Both the position numbers and the translations under genes were made by a program. A stretch of 63,374 bases of DNA. Source: Methanobacteriota archaeon. GTDB lineage: Archaea; Thermoplasmatota; Poseidoniia; Poseidoniales; Poseidoniaceae. The notes under the pieces were generated by a model, which had not been told where the DNA came from, searched no databases, and saw only the letters and a list, made by a program, of their open reading frames with translations. Location of the stretch: the NCBI GenBank assembly GCA_002706065.1, contig PAJM01000036.1, positions 1 to 63,374 of the forward strand, given 5' to 3'. Shown here piece after piece: positions 48,401 through 57,360 of the stretch (position 1 is its first letter; every line of letters begins with the position of its first letter).

Positions 48401-48574
48401 GCCACCATCGATGAGGTCAGGACCGTTCCAATGCAGGAAGATCGTGCAGATCTTGAAGCGGAATTGGCTCGCCTCGATGCAGAACGTCAACTACGAACGC
48501 CTGAAGTTGAGGAAGTGAAGCGCGACCCTCGTTTGGATGCCTTGCACGATCAACTCTCCGAACTGGATTTCTGA
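45440..48574 (+). CDS. Large multidomain protein: DUF2226-like, Roadblock/LC7, DUF2226-like, long coiled coil, helical C-terminus
   Basis: AAGGTGA RBS and ATGA overlap with the upstream gene. Roadblock segment VRGALAADQGIIIDS...AEELSATVASL; heptad-rich region ~46680-47620; no Walker A/B. Confidence 0.8.
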   Translation: MMFDLPHIERFDDEVDVSSGSIQPFEHGFITTWVGRRKTPFGHRLVRAGRIVGWICEGSSSTKLLGGADARTALEEAEKNQHRLVASTCSMNGLAEIATLIPEAFEFQADTQGLGARGALTDRLFARNISAVLQALSDYEHVRGALAADQGIIIDSMGDLPGKAEELSATVASLSDAMNAQHANLGGDGSGYASLTMGDSSLLLTSSSSIVLAVWTELDANHALLLTDVTAKLDGEIGTYAEGSASLPDGFILREGKGGADAVMSMLHAALEERVTGHLKAGVSDKSVSLALNNGLPVAMAANGQSFEDAMLGLTESKRVLKLHRLASGTMVSASTGDVSAFTLKQFVEALSTVRTRSEKRRDSMMHRLMNMYGFEIGLDDVRAVRSKLSIHVGGQEAAQTLPNATPLAGVDSGLRRRLEESERRADSLMRTNAGLSTQLKDAEKERTEALIRLEEVKQSSGEQSNTIESKNDQLNRVQVTVSESRTRMEQAEERADRLLRRVSELEHQLSERAAELAKALGDTESSVALRDELESLSNQEATTRADLESNAQQLSSVREQIELEERRLRSLEEQVSALRDRQASAQTKSNASEEKIRSAQARLDQIEAETLASRQRAEEERQRLAEDEARRMQLHSEMRELMGERKELLTELGNLGARRGNAETELSGLIARAEALTEAHEEAVSDIAEAERLRARLSEEPLAQALLNDDATFRGLGPVLERLEHARTLGYSVVLLDRAVERALQVVQSTVDHIAATPRHLLSSEVMTLLERQVPQTAGAVRGLARWSVQQRLENQLGETVGHLIIDLEGILEDYDRSITMLRRMRNVLDQLGNLGAPGEEIEALRMNCMRPEALPSVAVETRRLIRVALDDIYLEADQRDAGEAIALEQTAQVLEELLTQIDASGLTKGVPRGAMWDFQRDGYLPFERSAIPVGQRTPVMDDMMENIQPTLVVEETVSLDSEPVVVELSDEWEEMPAPDDAEVSEATIDEVRTVPMQEDRADLEAELARLDAERQLRTPEVEEVKRDPRLDALHDQLSELDF

Positions 48575-48583
48575 GGTGAGCAG

Positions 48584-48820
48584 ATGACCGACACGCTTCT
48601 ATTACGCAATGAATCAAAAGGATCCTCCTACCCAATGGTGCTTGAAAAACTCATTTTTCTTGCTTCCATCGTCGGTTTTGTCCTTCTTAATCAGTATGCG
48701 TGGTCTTCAATCGACACCATGTTGTATCAATGGCTGACCACCATCGGGTTGGTCTTGAGTATGCTGATTCTCAACGAGTTTGTCGGACGATTCATCCAGT
48801 CAATGCGAAGAAGAACTTGA
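48584..48820 (+). CDS. Small 2-TM membrane protein
   Basis: GAGGTGA RBS before ATG 48584; two hydrophobic helices and a basic C-terminus (RRRT). Confidence 0.65.
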   Translation: MTDTLLLRNESKGSSYPMVLEKLIFLASIVGFVLLNQYAWSSIDTMLYQWLTTIGLVLSMLILNEFVGRFIQSMRRRT

Positions 48821-50023
48821 TTAGAATTCCTTTTCCTTCACCGGTTCAGGAGTTTTGTTCATCATCGACTCAATGAGCCCCCAAACTCTCTGCCACGGTA
48901 CAAAGAATCGCAGAAGTGCGACCAAACTCAAGAAGAGAAGAGCAGAGATAACCAACCCATAGGTCAAGGATAACTCGATTGATTCCGAGACTTGTGCAGC
49001 CCATTGACTTCCTGTTGAAGTCTCCATCACTTCGAGAAGGACACTATGGAATCCTAAAGCGACGACGGTGACCATACCGGTCACCGTAAGGAATCCAGCG
49101 GTATGGCGCAAATGGCCGTTGAGAACATTGTCCATTTGACGGACGTATTCCGGGTCTCTCTTGCACGATTCAGGGAGACGATAGGCATACTCGAGATAGC
49201 GGATGACGCCGAACCCAGACTCTTGGAACACCATGATGAGAACTGCGATGAGAATGAGTGAGAACTGTTCAGGAGTCACCAGATAAAATCCAAACAGTCC
49301 AACCGTTGGATCGCTGGACTGAGATTCCAATGAGATCAGGTTTGAACCCCAATCCCCAAGTTGTGATTTGATGAGAGGGAACGTCAAGATTGCATGGATT
49401 CCCAAAAAGAGGAGTGTGAATCCAATTGCCCATCCAATGGATCGGCGCGATAGACCCCAAATTCCACGCGTACCCATAACCACTGGAAGCAGATAAATGA
49501 AGAGAATAATCAATGAGAGAATCATAAGCAGAGGCCATTCCAAGGTCTTCAATTCACTTTCAGAAGGTGCTCGAAGATCCCAGGAGAAGAGCATTGAAGG
49601 AATCCAATTAAGTGCGAGACGCCCTACAAGGAGTACCATCAGCGTGATGATAAATCCGAGTTTGATTCGTTGTTGTACACGAGGTGATTGGAAGGCGATG
49701 AGTGCCATCGAACCTCCAAGGCCTAGACCGAGAACGATTGGAACGTAAAATCGAGCAAGGCCGGTCCGTCCAGAACCAATCAACCAGTCACCAATTGGGA
49801 TGTCCCCCACACCTCTTTCCAATTCACCAAACAGCATCGTGTGGTCAATGCTGTTGACAACGTATGTGGAAACCACTTCGAGGTACATCCAAACCAGAGC
49901 AATCGTCGATACGACTTGGAGCGTAATAATCTGCCATTGCTTGCGCAAGGTCTTGAGATGAAGCGTCCTTGCACGGCCTCCCATCAGGGAAACATCGCTT
50001 TGTGGGTCAACTTCACCTGCCAT
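48821..50023 (-). CDS. Hypothetical polytopic membrane protein
   Basis: 400 aa, about 8-9 TMs, directly abutting the DUF58 gene. Confidence 0.75.
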   Translation of the reverse strand: MAGEVDPQSDVSLMGGRARTLHLKTLRKQWQIITLQVVSTIALVWMYLEVVSTYVVNSIDHTMLFGELERGVGDIPIGDWLIGSGRTGLARFYVPIVLGLGLGGSMALIAFQSPRVQQRIKLGFIITLMVLLVGRLALNWIPSMLFSWDLRAPSESELKTLEWPLLMILSLIILFIYLLPVVMGTRGIWGLSRRSIGWAIGFTLLFLGIHAILTFPLIKSQLGDWGSNLISLESQSSDPTVGLFGFYLVTPEQFSLILIAVLIMVFQESGFGVIRYLEYAYRLPESCKRDPEYVRQMDNVLNGHLRHTAGFLTVTGMVTVVALGFHSVLLEVMETSTGSQWAAQVSESIELSLTYGLVISALLFLSLVALLRFFVPWQRVWGLIESMMNKTPEPVKEKEF

Positions 50024-51298
50024 CTAATACCCCCTCACCTGCATGATTGCCTGAGACAAATCCATGTCTGGCATCCAATCGATTACTTGAGCGCCTGAGC
50101 CAGCAAGTGTCGTCAATCGGTTCTGGCGCTCCAGCTTCAGAACTTCATAGGACATACGCGGAATTCGTGAGACAAGTCGCTCAAAGTCGATGCTCGATGG
50201 AGAAAGAACGGTTACTTCATGTCCACGTCCAACAAGATCTCGAACCGCTGCAGGAACGGTTCCATCCCCTTCACATGAGGAGATAACAAACACAGGACTA
50301 CCGCGACTGAAACGTCCACTCAGGGAGTTTGTCACAGCTTGTAATGGCATGCTACCCTCTGGTTTCACGCCGGCAAGAGAACTTAGAATCTTGAAGTACT
50401 GCTTGTCACCTGTATCCGGTGGAAGATAGGCAAGACCATCTCCATAGATTCCCAATGCCACACTGTCTCTCCGCTTGAGGAAAAATGCAGCAAGACTTGC
50501 TGCACTTACGGTTCCCATTTCAAGTGGATTCTTGAGAACGGTTCCAATCCGAGCAACGTCTCGTGAATCGAGCAGGATGTACAAATCAGTCACGGCATCA
50601 CGGCACTTTTCGTTAACCATCAGGTCCCCAGTCCGTGCGAATGCTTTCCAGTTAATGTTCTTGAATGGGTCACCGGGGACATACTCTCGAAGAGAATAAA
50701 ATTCTGAACCTTGACCCGGAGTGCGCAGTGTTGTTGCCCCAGTGTACATCTTTGGCGTACGGGAGCGCAAGAACGCTTCTTCAACCTCTTTGATTTGTGG
50801 AAAGATGACAATATCCGAATGGTGATCAACATACATATCTTCAACACCGAGATTGAACGTGTTTCTGGTTCGTAGTGAAACGGGGCCAATCGAGTAATGG
50901 CCACGGAGTGGGCAGCGCAGAACGTATCGAATACGTGCACTTTCTCCAGGACGAAGGTTGAGGCGCATTTGATTCAAACCACTTCGCAGTTTCATCTCGT
51001 GTGGTATGTTATCGTACACATCGAGGAGTTGTGTTCGACGATTTGATCGGTTGGTGACAAGCAATTCAACGTACAGATCGTCACCTTTGTACAAATTATC
51101 CGCCGAGAGGGTACGTTGAACTTCAATGTCGCCGTGCCCCGAAACCCATGAATTGACCACGATGAAGGTGATGAGAGTCAAACCAAGAATCATCATTTGA
51201 TTGTTGGTGATCATCATTCCGATGAGAATTAGAGCAATTCCGCCTGTGAACGTAAAGGATGCTTTGCGTGTCCACATCTTGCTCACCTTCGCCCCCAA
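50024..51298 (-). CDS. DUF58 domain protein (vWA-like, usually MoxR-associated)
   Basis: N-terminal TMs, Ig-like segment (CPLRGHYSIGP), GSEFYSLREYVPGDPFKNINWKAFARTG. Confidence 0.9.
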   Translation of the reverse strand: MGAKVSKMWTRKASFTFTGGIALILIGMMITNNQMMILGLTLITFIVVNSWVSGHGDIEVQRTLSADNLYKGDDLYVELLVTNRSNRRTQLLDVYDNIPHEMKLRSGLNQMRLNLRPGESARIRYVLRCPLRGHYSIGPVSLRTRNTFNLGVEDMYVDHHSDIVIFPQIKEVEEAFLRSRTPKMYTGATTLRTPGQGSEFYSLREYVPGDPFKNINWKAFARTGDLMVNEKCRDAVTDLYILLDSRDVARIGTVLKNPLEMGTVSAASLAAFFLKRRDSVALGIYGDGLAYLPPDTGDKQYFKILSSLAGVKPEGSMPLQAVTNSLSGRFSRGSPVFVISSCEGDGTVPAAVRDLVGRGHEVTVLSPSSIDFERLVSRIPRMSYEVLKLERQNRLTTLAGSGAQVIDWMPDMDLSQAIMQVRGY

Positions 51299-52899
51299 GC
51301 TTTGATTCGTTTCACAAGAGCAACCGATTGTTCCAAGGAATATTTTCCTGGTTCGATGGCGAACTTAGCCAGTACAGGATCTTGAATCAATCCAACAAGT
51401 TCTTTCGCAGACATGGCATGGAATTCTTCGACTGTGAGGCCATTTTGATTGCGAACCTTCGATAAGAATACCTGCCGTATTTTCTCAGTTTTGGCATAAT
51501 AGGTGTACCGATTTGCGTCGCCAAAGCCATAGTAGATGATGCTGAATACGTGACGCCATGGCTCTGGGTCCCTCTTCTTGAGAAGAACGGCCTCAAACGT
51601 GATGAACAGAACCACAAACAGAGCAAGCATAGCAAGCCCTTCACCTGTGAAGTACACCAACAGGAAGTACACGTTGTTGTATGAATCAGCAAGAAGGGAG
51701 TTTTGTGGATGACGACTCTCATCGAAAATGACCATCGCGTTTTCTGCTGCTTGCCCTTCCTCGCCTTGCTTTGTACTCATCAACGATTCAGCAATGACAT
51801 CGAGTGCCCATTTGCGGTTGTCGTTCGCCGGGATGTACTTGTCTGTGAACCCATATTCACCGTCATTGAACCGTTCATAATCGTAAATTGCGTTGATGAG
51901 TGCGCTTCCATCAGAGATGAAAAACACTCGACCACCTTCATCGGGATCACAATTCACTGAAGCGCATGCTTCGATTGAGAGATTGAACTGACCCCATAGA
52001 TCAGGGGTTTCGCTTGTCTGTTCGTTGCTGACCCAAAGATATCCATCTCCATTGACATCGACACTCGCTTGATTGCTCGTCACAGATCTGACGTTCACGT
52101 CTTTGAGAGCCCCGCGAACCCCTGGCACAATTTCGAGCCCAGTAACGTTGTTCAGCAGCATTGTGTAGGTAGCGTTGTATTCGATACGTCCAAGTTGTCC
52201 AGCGCTCTTCACCCAATGGTGAGAACAAACACCCGCTTCCTCTTTGGTCATGGATTGACCGTCAAGGTTCGAGCAGGGGTGAGCTCCCAGTGTTGAAGAC
52301 CAACGTTCGTGTTCGTCGATCGTTGAGGTATCGAGTACAGTCCCGTTCATTCCACATGGACTTGATTGCATGCACATCCAAACGTAGTTCTTATCGAGTT
52401 CTGCAACATAATTTGAATCGTACAATTGGTAGCCAGTGTAACGAACTCCATAGGCCTCACCGATGCTTCCAGCATAGCCGAAATCTTCGAGAACGATTAC
52501 GGTGCCACCGTTATCAACAAACTCTACAATTGCATCGACTTCGGAAGGAGAATATCCATCTTCAGTTGCGATGGTGATGAACCCATCCTCATCAAACTGG
52601 GGAAATGAGAGTGTATCTCGTTCAACACCAGCAACGACAAACGTTGTGTTTCGAGGATCTTCAATGTCCGCAAGAAGCAAAGGACTGCTCACCAACGATT
52701 TGGTCTCAACGCCCATCGCATTGATGTCTTCTCGGAACGCAGACATGTCATCCCAATCGTCATCGTAGGCTGACAATTGATTGGTCTGACTGATGTTGAT
52801 GAAATTCTGAAGGATGGTGAGAAGAAGAATACCAAGAACAGTCCAGAATGCCAATTGGAGTCCAATTCGCTTGAAATTTCTGTTCCGTTCGGCCGCCAT
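51283..52899 (-). CDS. DUF4350-like (glutamine-amidotransferase-like extracellular) membrane protein
   Basis: N-terminal TM, SAYDDDWDDMSAFR, YSPSEVDAIVEFVDNGGTVIVLEDFG, VFFISDGSALIN, IFDESRH, second TM. GGTGAGG RBS. Confidence 0.75.
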   Translation of the reverse strand: MAAERNRNFKRIGLQLAFWTVLGILLLTILQNFINISQTNQLSAYDDDWDDMSAFREDINAMGVETKSLVSSPLLLADIEDPRNTTFVVAGVERDTLSFPQFDEDGFITIATEDGYSPSEVDAIVEFVDNGGTVIVLEDFGYAGSIGEAYGVRYTGYQLYDSNYVAELDKNYVWMCMQSSPCGMNGTVLDTSTIDEHERWSSTLGAHPCSNLDGQSMTKEEAGVCSHHWVKSAGQLGRIEYNATYTMLLNNVTGLEIVPGVRGALKDVNVRSVTSNQASVDVNGDGYLWVSNEQTSETPDLWGQFNLSIEACASVNCDPDEGGRVFFISDGSALINAIYDYERFNDGEYGFTDKYIPANDNRKWALDVIAESLMSTKQGEEGQAAENAMVIFDESRHPQNSLLADSYNNVYFLLVYFTGEGLAMLALFVVLFITFEAVLLKKRDPEPWRHVFSIIYYGFGDANRYTYYAKTEKIRQVFLSKVRNQNGLTVEEFHAMSAKELVGLIQDPVLAKFAIEPGKYSLEQSVALVKRIKAWGRR

Positions 52900-52985
52900 T
52901 TCCTCACCTACCTAGTACACCGTTCATACAGACACGGTTTAACATCGGTTTAGAAGGTTGTCCAAATCTGTTGCAAAAATGCTCA

Positions 52986-53228
52986 TCAGATTTTGAGCAT
53001 AATTACATGGCCAAAGGAAGAGACTTCAGTCGATGGAATTGACACCACGCCGTCGTTCGCAGGGAATGGGAGACGACTCACATCAATATGGGCTGAGCAT
53101 TTAACAAGAAGTTCGGATATTTCTCCGTTCGATACATCAACCACCAGATCGGAAAGTTTGCCCAGCTCCTTTCCTTTCTTGTCTTGGACCAAACGCCCGA
53201 GCATTTCTTGTCCGAAACTGGATGACAT
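52986..53228 (-). CDS. PRC-barrel domain protein
   Basis: EMLGRLVQDKKGKELGKLSDLVVDVSNGEISELLV...IPSTEVSSFGHVIML. Confidence 0.85.
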   Translation of the reverse strand: MSSSFGQEMLGRLVQDKKGKELGKLSDLVVDVSNGEISELLVKCSAHIDVSRLPFPANDGVVSIPSTEVSSFGHVIMLKI

Positions 53229-53281
53229 ACGACTCGCCTTGCAGATTCGTCAACGACGGAAGGACTTGACGGTTTCCGTAC

Positions 53282-55507
53282 TCACATGGTTTCCATGCCG
53301 AAACCATAATCGCGTGAGCGCTTGATGTTCGAGAGTCCTGACGTCAGCCGAGTCTCCATCTTTTGATAATACTCGAGCATCTCAGGAGTCACGGTTGGAC
53401 GCACACGTGTGATGGCTTCGTCAAAGTGTTTCTTTGCAACCTTCTTCTTGTTTTCACGCATAGCGATAAGTGCAGCTTCTCTGCAGACCGCTTCAATGTC
53501 AGCACCGGTGAATCCATCCATGCCTGACAGAAGGTCTTTGATGGAGAATTTCGATAGCGGCATACCGTTCGAATGAATTTCAAAAATCGCTTCTCGTGCA
53601 GGCGCATCAGGCGGTGGGACGTGCAAAACACGCTCAAATCGGCCGCTTCGAAGGAGGGCTGGGTCGATCATCTCAGGACGGTTGGTTGCGGCAACAACAA
53701 TGACACCATCCAAGGATTCAACACCATCCATGCTGGCGAGGAGTTGATTGACGACTCGATTACCGACATCGCTTCCTTCACCGTTCGAAGAGCTTCGCAT
53801 GCTGGCAATGGATTCAAACTCGTCGAGGAAGATGATCGAAGGTGAAGACTGCTTGGCTTTCTTGAAGATTTCACGGATTCCACGTTCCGATTCACCAACC
53901 CATTTTGAAATCATCTCTGGACCCTTTATCGAAATGAAATTGGCTTGAGCTTCGTTCGCAATTGCCTTTGCGAGCAAGGTTTTCCCCGTACCTGGTGCAC
54001 CGAAAAGAACGATGCCTCGAGGCGGTTTGATGTTGAAATGTTCGAACACCTCCGGCTTGGTGAGTGGCCACTCGACGGATTCTTTCAGTCGATCCTTGAC
54101 CTCGTTGAGACCGCCGACTTCATCCCATGCAATCTCTGGCACCTCAACATAGATTTCTCGAAGGGCAGATGGTTCAATGTCCTTGATTGCATCTCGGAAA
54201 TCGTTCATTCGTACTTCCATCTTCTCCAAAACTTCTGGAGGAATGGTTTCCTCGTCAAGGTCGATTTCAGGCAGGTATCGTCGGAGGGCCTTCATGGCCG
54301 CTTCACGGACGAGTGCGGCAAGGTCTGCACCGACAAACCCGTAGGTGTTGTCAAGAACCCAATTGACTTCGAAGTCATCAGCAATCGGCATCTGTCGTGT
54401 ATGAACTTCCATGATTTCTTTTCGCCCGTCTCTGTCAGGAACGCCAATCTCAATCTCACGATCGAATCGGCCGCCTCGACGAAGCGCTGGGTCCAACGCA
54501 TCTCGGCGGTTGGTAGCACCAATGACGACGACATTGTCTCGGCCTTGCATTCCGTCCAAGAGTGTGAGCATCTGGGCAACGACGCGTCGCTCAACCTCGC
54601 CACTGACATCTTCTCGCTTTGGACAGATGGAATCGATCTCATCGATGAAGATAATAGCCGGTGATTTTTCACTCGCTTCGTCGAAGATTTCTCTCAGTTG
54701 CTTTTCGGATTCACCGTAATACTTCGAGATGATTTCGGGCCCATTGATGGATTTGAAGTGAGCGTTTACTTCGGTTGCAACCGCCTTGGCAATCATGGTT
54801 TTTCCGGTACCAGGAGGCCCGTGAAGCAGGACACCTTTTGGAGGGTCGATTCCAAGTCGCCTGAACAATTCAGGATGCTTGAGAGGAAGTTCGATCATTT
54901 CTCGAACCTTCTGGAGTTGCTGTCCGATTCCTCCGACATCCTCGTAGGTGATTCCTTCGGACTGACCAACATCTTCGTCATCAATGGCTTCGTCTTTGAT
55001 GACAATGTCCGTATCGCTGGTGACTTTGACGATGCCTTTTGGCGTGGTCTGAACAACTGCAAACGGCAATGCTTCGGCAAACAGCGTCATGCCAGGGATG
55101 AAAATTCGATCACCGGCCATAACCGGTCGCTTTGACAGACCGCGACGTGCGAATCCTTCAATGCCCGGACCAAATTTGACCTTCTGCTTGTTGGCCATAA
55201 CTGGTGACAGTGTTAGTTTCGTGCACTCTTTGGCTTCAGCCTTTGAGATGGTGACTCGGTCTCCGAGACTTACGCCTGCGTTTTTTCGGATGATTCCATC
55301 AATACGAACGATATCCATCTTCGAGTCTTCTGGGCGGCTACGCCAATAGATGGCTGCCGTTGAGCGTTTCTCACCTTTGATTTCAACAATATCACCGGGT
55401 TTGAGGTCAAGTCCATGTTCGCCAGAAATTCTGGCTCGACCATGACCTACATCGGATGGAATGGCTTTTGCTACACGTAAGGAGACTTCGTTATCTTCGC
55501 CCGACAT
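53282..55507 (-). CDS. cdc48: CDC48/VCP/VAT family AAA+ ATPase
   Basis: N-domain, D1 GPPGTGKT / FIDEID / [10 protein letters not shown]2 GAPGTGKT / FLDEFE / RSGRFE. Start at MSGEDNE. Confidence 0.97.
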   Translation of the reverse strand: MSGEDNEVSLRVAKAIPSDVGHGRARISGEHGLDLKPGDIVEIKGEKRSTAAIYWRSRPEDSKMDIVRIDGIIRKNAGVSLGDRVTISKAEAKECTKLTLSPVMANKQKVKFGPGIEGFARRGLSKRPVMAGDRIFIPGMTLFAEALPFAVVQTTPKGIVKVTSDTDIVIKDEAIDDEDVGQSEGITYEDVGGIGQQLQKVREMIELPLKHPELFRRLGIDPPKGVLLHGPPGTGKTMIAKAVATEVNAHFKSINGPEIISKYYGESEKQLREIFDEASEKSPAIIFIDEIDSICPKREDVSGEVERRVVAQMLTLLDGMQGRDNVVVIGATNRRDALDPALRRGGRFDREIEIGVPDRDGRKEIMEVHTRQMPIADDFEVNWVLDNTYGFVGADLAALVREAAMKALRRYLPEIDLDEETIPPEVLEKMEVRMNDFRDAIKDIEPSALREIYVEVPEIAWDEVGGLNEVKDRLKESVEWPLTKPEVFEHFNIKPPRGIVLFGAPGTGKTLLAKAIANEAQANFISIKGPEMISKWVGESERGIREIFKKAKQSSPSIIFLDEFESIASMRSSSNGEGSDVGNRVVNQLLASMDGVESLDGVIVVAATNRPEMIDPALLRSGRFERVLHVPPPDAPAREAIFEIHSNGMPLSKFSIKDLLSGMDGFTGADIEAVCREAALIAMRENKKKVAKKHFDEAITRVRPTVTPEMLEYYQKMETRLTSGLSNIKRSRDYGFGMETM

Positions 55508-55616
55508 ACCAAGTCCAAGTCCCGAGAGTACTAAAACCATGAGTTATGAAAATCCCGTCAGAATTTGATGCGTTTGGAACGTAGCCTTCATGGAGGGCAT
55601 CCAACTCGATTGAATT

Positions 55617-57245
55617 ATGGTACACGTACTTGAAGCAGGTTTGACGTTCCTCGAAGCCAACAATCCAAAAAATCGCCCGAGCGTAAAAGGGTTCAACATC
55701 ATCAACGGTCAATTGATAGAATCGAGTGACGGCGCAACATTTGAATCAAAAAATCCAGCATTGTTGAGCGATGTTCTTGGATCATTTCCATTGTCAACCA
55801 AAGCGGATATTGATGCTGCTCTTGATGCTGCTCATGATGCATTTCCAGCATGGTCAGCTACACCTGCTCCAACGCGTGGCCAAATCATTGGAAACATGGG
55901 TCGTCTCTTGATGGAACATAAGGAAGACCTCGTTCGCCTTCAGGCCCGGGAAATCGGGAAAACTTTGAAGGAATGTGGTGGTGAAATTCAAGAAGCAATC
56001 GACACATGTCTCTTCTTCCAATCCGAAGGTCGACGTCTTTACGGACAAACTGTAAACTCAGAACTTCCTGACAAGGAATTGTTCACCTATCGAAGACCAC
56101 TCGGTGTTTGCGGTATCATCAATGCCTGCAATTTCCCGTCCGCAGTTCCATTCTGGAAAATGATCCCAGCGATTATGTGCGGCAACACATGCGTTTGGAA
56201 GTCTCCCCAGGACTCACCTCTCCTTTCCTTTGCTCTTGCTCGAATCATGCATCAATCAGGCCTACCTGATGGTGTCATCAACCTCGTGCATGGTAAGGGC
56301 AGTGGTGCAGGTCAGCACCTCATCAATGCTGTTGATGAAGGGCGTGTGAACAAAATCTCGTTTACTGGCTCAACTGCTGTTGGAAAGATGATCGGAGAAG
56401 TCTGTGGACGAAACTTGGTCTCGTGCTCGCTTGAACTCGGTGGAAAGAACCCGCTTGTCATCATGCCATCTGCAAATCTTGAAAATGCAGTTGAAGGAGC
56501 GTACTGGGCAGGTTTCGGGACTGCGGGACAACGCTGTACTTCCCTTGGAAATCTCATCATCCACAAGGACATCTACGACGAATTCGTTGCAAAGTTGATG
56601 GAGAAAGTTCACTCGACGAAAGTTGGTGATTCACTCGAGCACGATGGTGTTCTTTACGGGTCAATGCTTTCAGAAAAGTACGCTGATGACTTCCTCGAAG
56701 TGATCAAGATTTGCGACGAGGATGGAGCAACCAAACTCTATGGAGAAGGCCGAATCACATCGGACAACAAGCCCTCGGGCTTCCTTGGTACACCTGAGGA
56801 TGGTGTCTTCATGTGGCCCCACGTGTTTGTGGACGTGACCGAAGACATGCGATGTTTCCACGAAGAGCTGTTTGGCCCTGCAATCACACTGGTCAAGGCT
56901 GATGATTTCGATCATGCCCTTCACTTGGCCAATGCTAGCCCATACGGCCTCTCCTCCGCAATCTACACCAACGACAGGTTGGAAGCATACCGGTTCAAAA
57001 CCGGAATCAAGGCAGGAATGACGGGCATCAACAATTCAACAACGGGTGCAGAGGCGCATCTCCCATTCGGTGGCGTCAAAGGGAGCGGGAATGGGACAAG
57101 AGAGTCAGGAATTTGGGTCATTGAAGCCTATTCATACTGGCATGCTGTCAACGATGAGCTTTCTGGAAAATTGCAACTCGCACAAATGGACGTCGATGAA
57201 ATCGAAATGGTTGAAGCAGAAGTTCGTTGGGATGAATTGGTCTAA
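55617..57245 (+). CDS. NAD(P)-dependent aldehyde dehydrogenase (substrate unknown)
   Basis: CNFP, WKS, FTGSTAVG, LELGGKNP, AGQRCT, EELFGP, PFGGVKGSG. Confidence 0.92.
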   Translation: MVHVLEAGLTFLEANNPKNRPSVKGFNIINGQLIESSDGATFESKNPALLSDVLGSFPLSTKADIDAALDAAHDAFPAWSATPAPTRGQIIGNMGRLLMEHKEDLVRLQAREIGKTLKECGGEIQEAIDTCLFFQSEGRRLYGQTVNSELPDKELFTYRRPLGVCGIINACNFPSAVPFWKMIPAIMCGNTCVWKSPQDSPLLSFALARIMHQSGLPDGVINLVHGKGSGAGQHLINAVDEGRVNKISFTGSTAVGKMIGEVCGRNLVSCSLELGGKNPLVIMPSANLENAVEGAYWAGFGTAGQRCTSLGNLIIHKDIYDEFVAKLMEKVHSTKVGDSLEHDGVLYGSMLSEKYADDFLEVIKICDEDGATKLYGEGRITSDNKPSGFLGTPEDGVFMWPHVFVDVTEDMRCFHEELFGPAITLVKADDFDHALHLANASPYGLSSAIYTNDRLEAYRFKTGIKAGMTGINNSTTGAEAHLPFGGVKGSGNGTRESGIWVIEAYSYWHAVNDELSGKLQLAQMDVDEIEMVEAEVRWDELV

Positions 57246-57360
57246 TCGTTCAAATTGTGATTTGTTTTCTTTCAAACGCTGCACACGAGCGAAGGGCCAA
57301 CCTCAAAGACCCTAACATACTGGGTCAACTATCTCCCCTACACGAGGAGGTAGTGATCCT

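Noticed and set aside
45440-48574. SMC/Rad50 chromosome segregation protein
   Set aside because: Long coiled coil but no Walker A/B, ABC signature or recognisable hinge.
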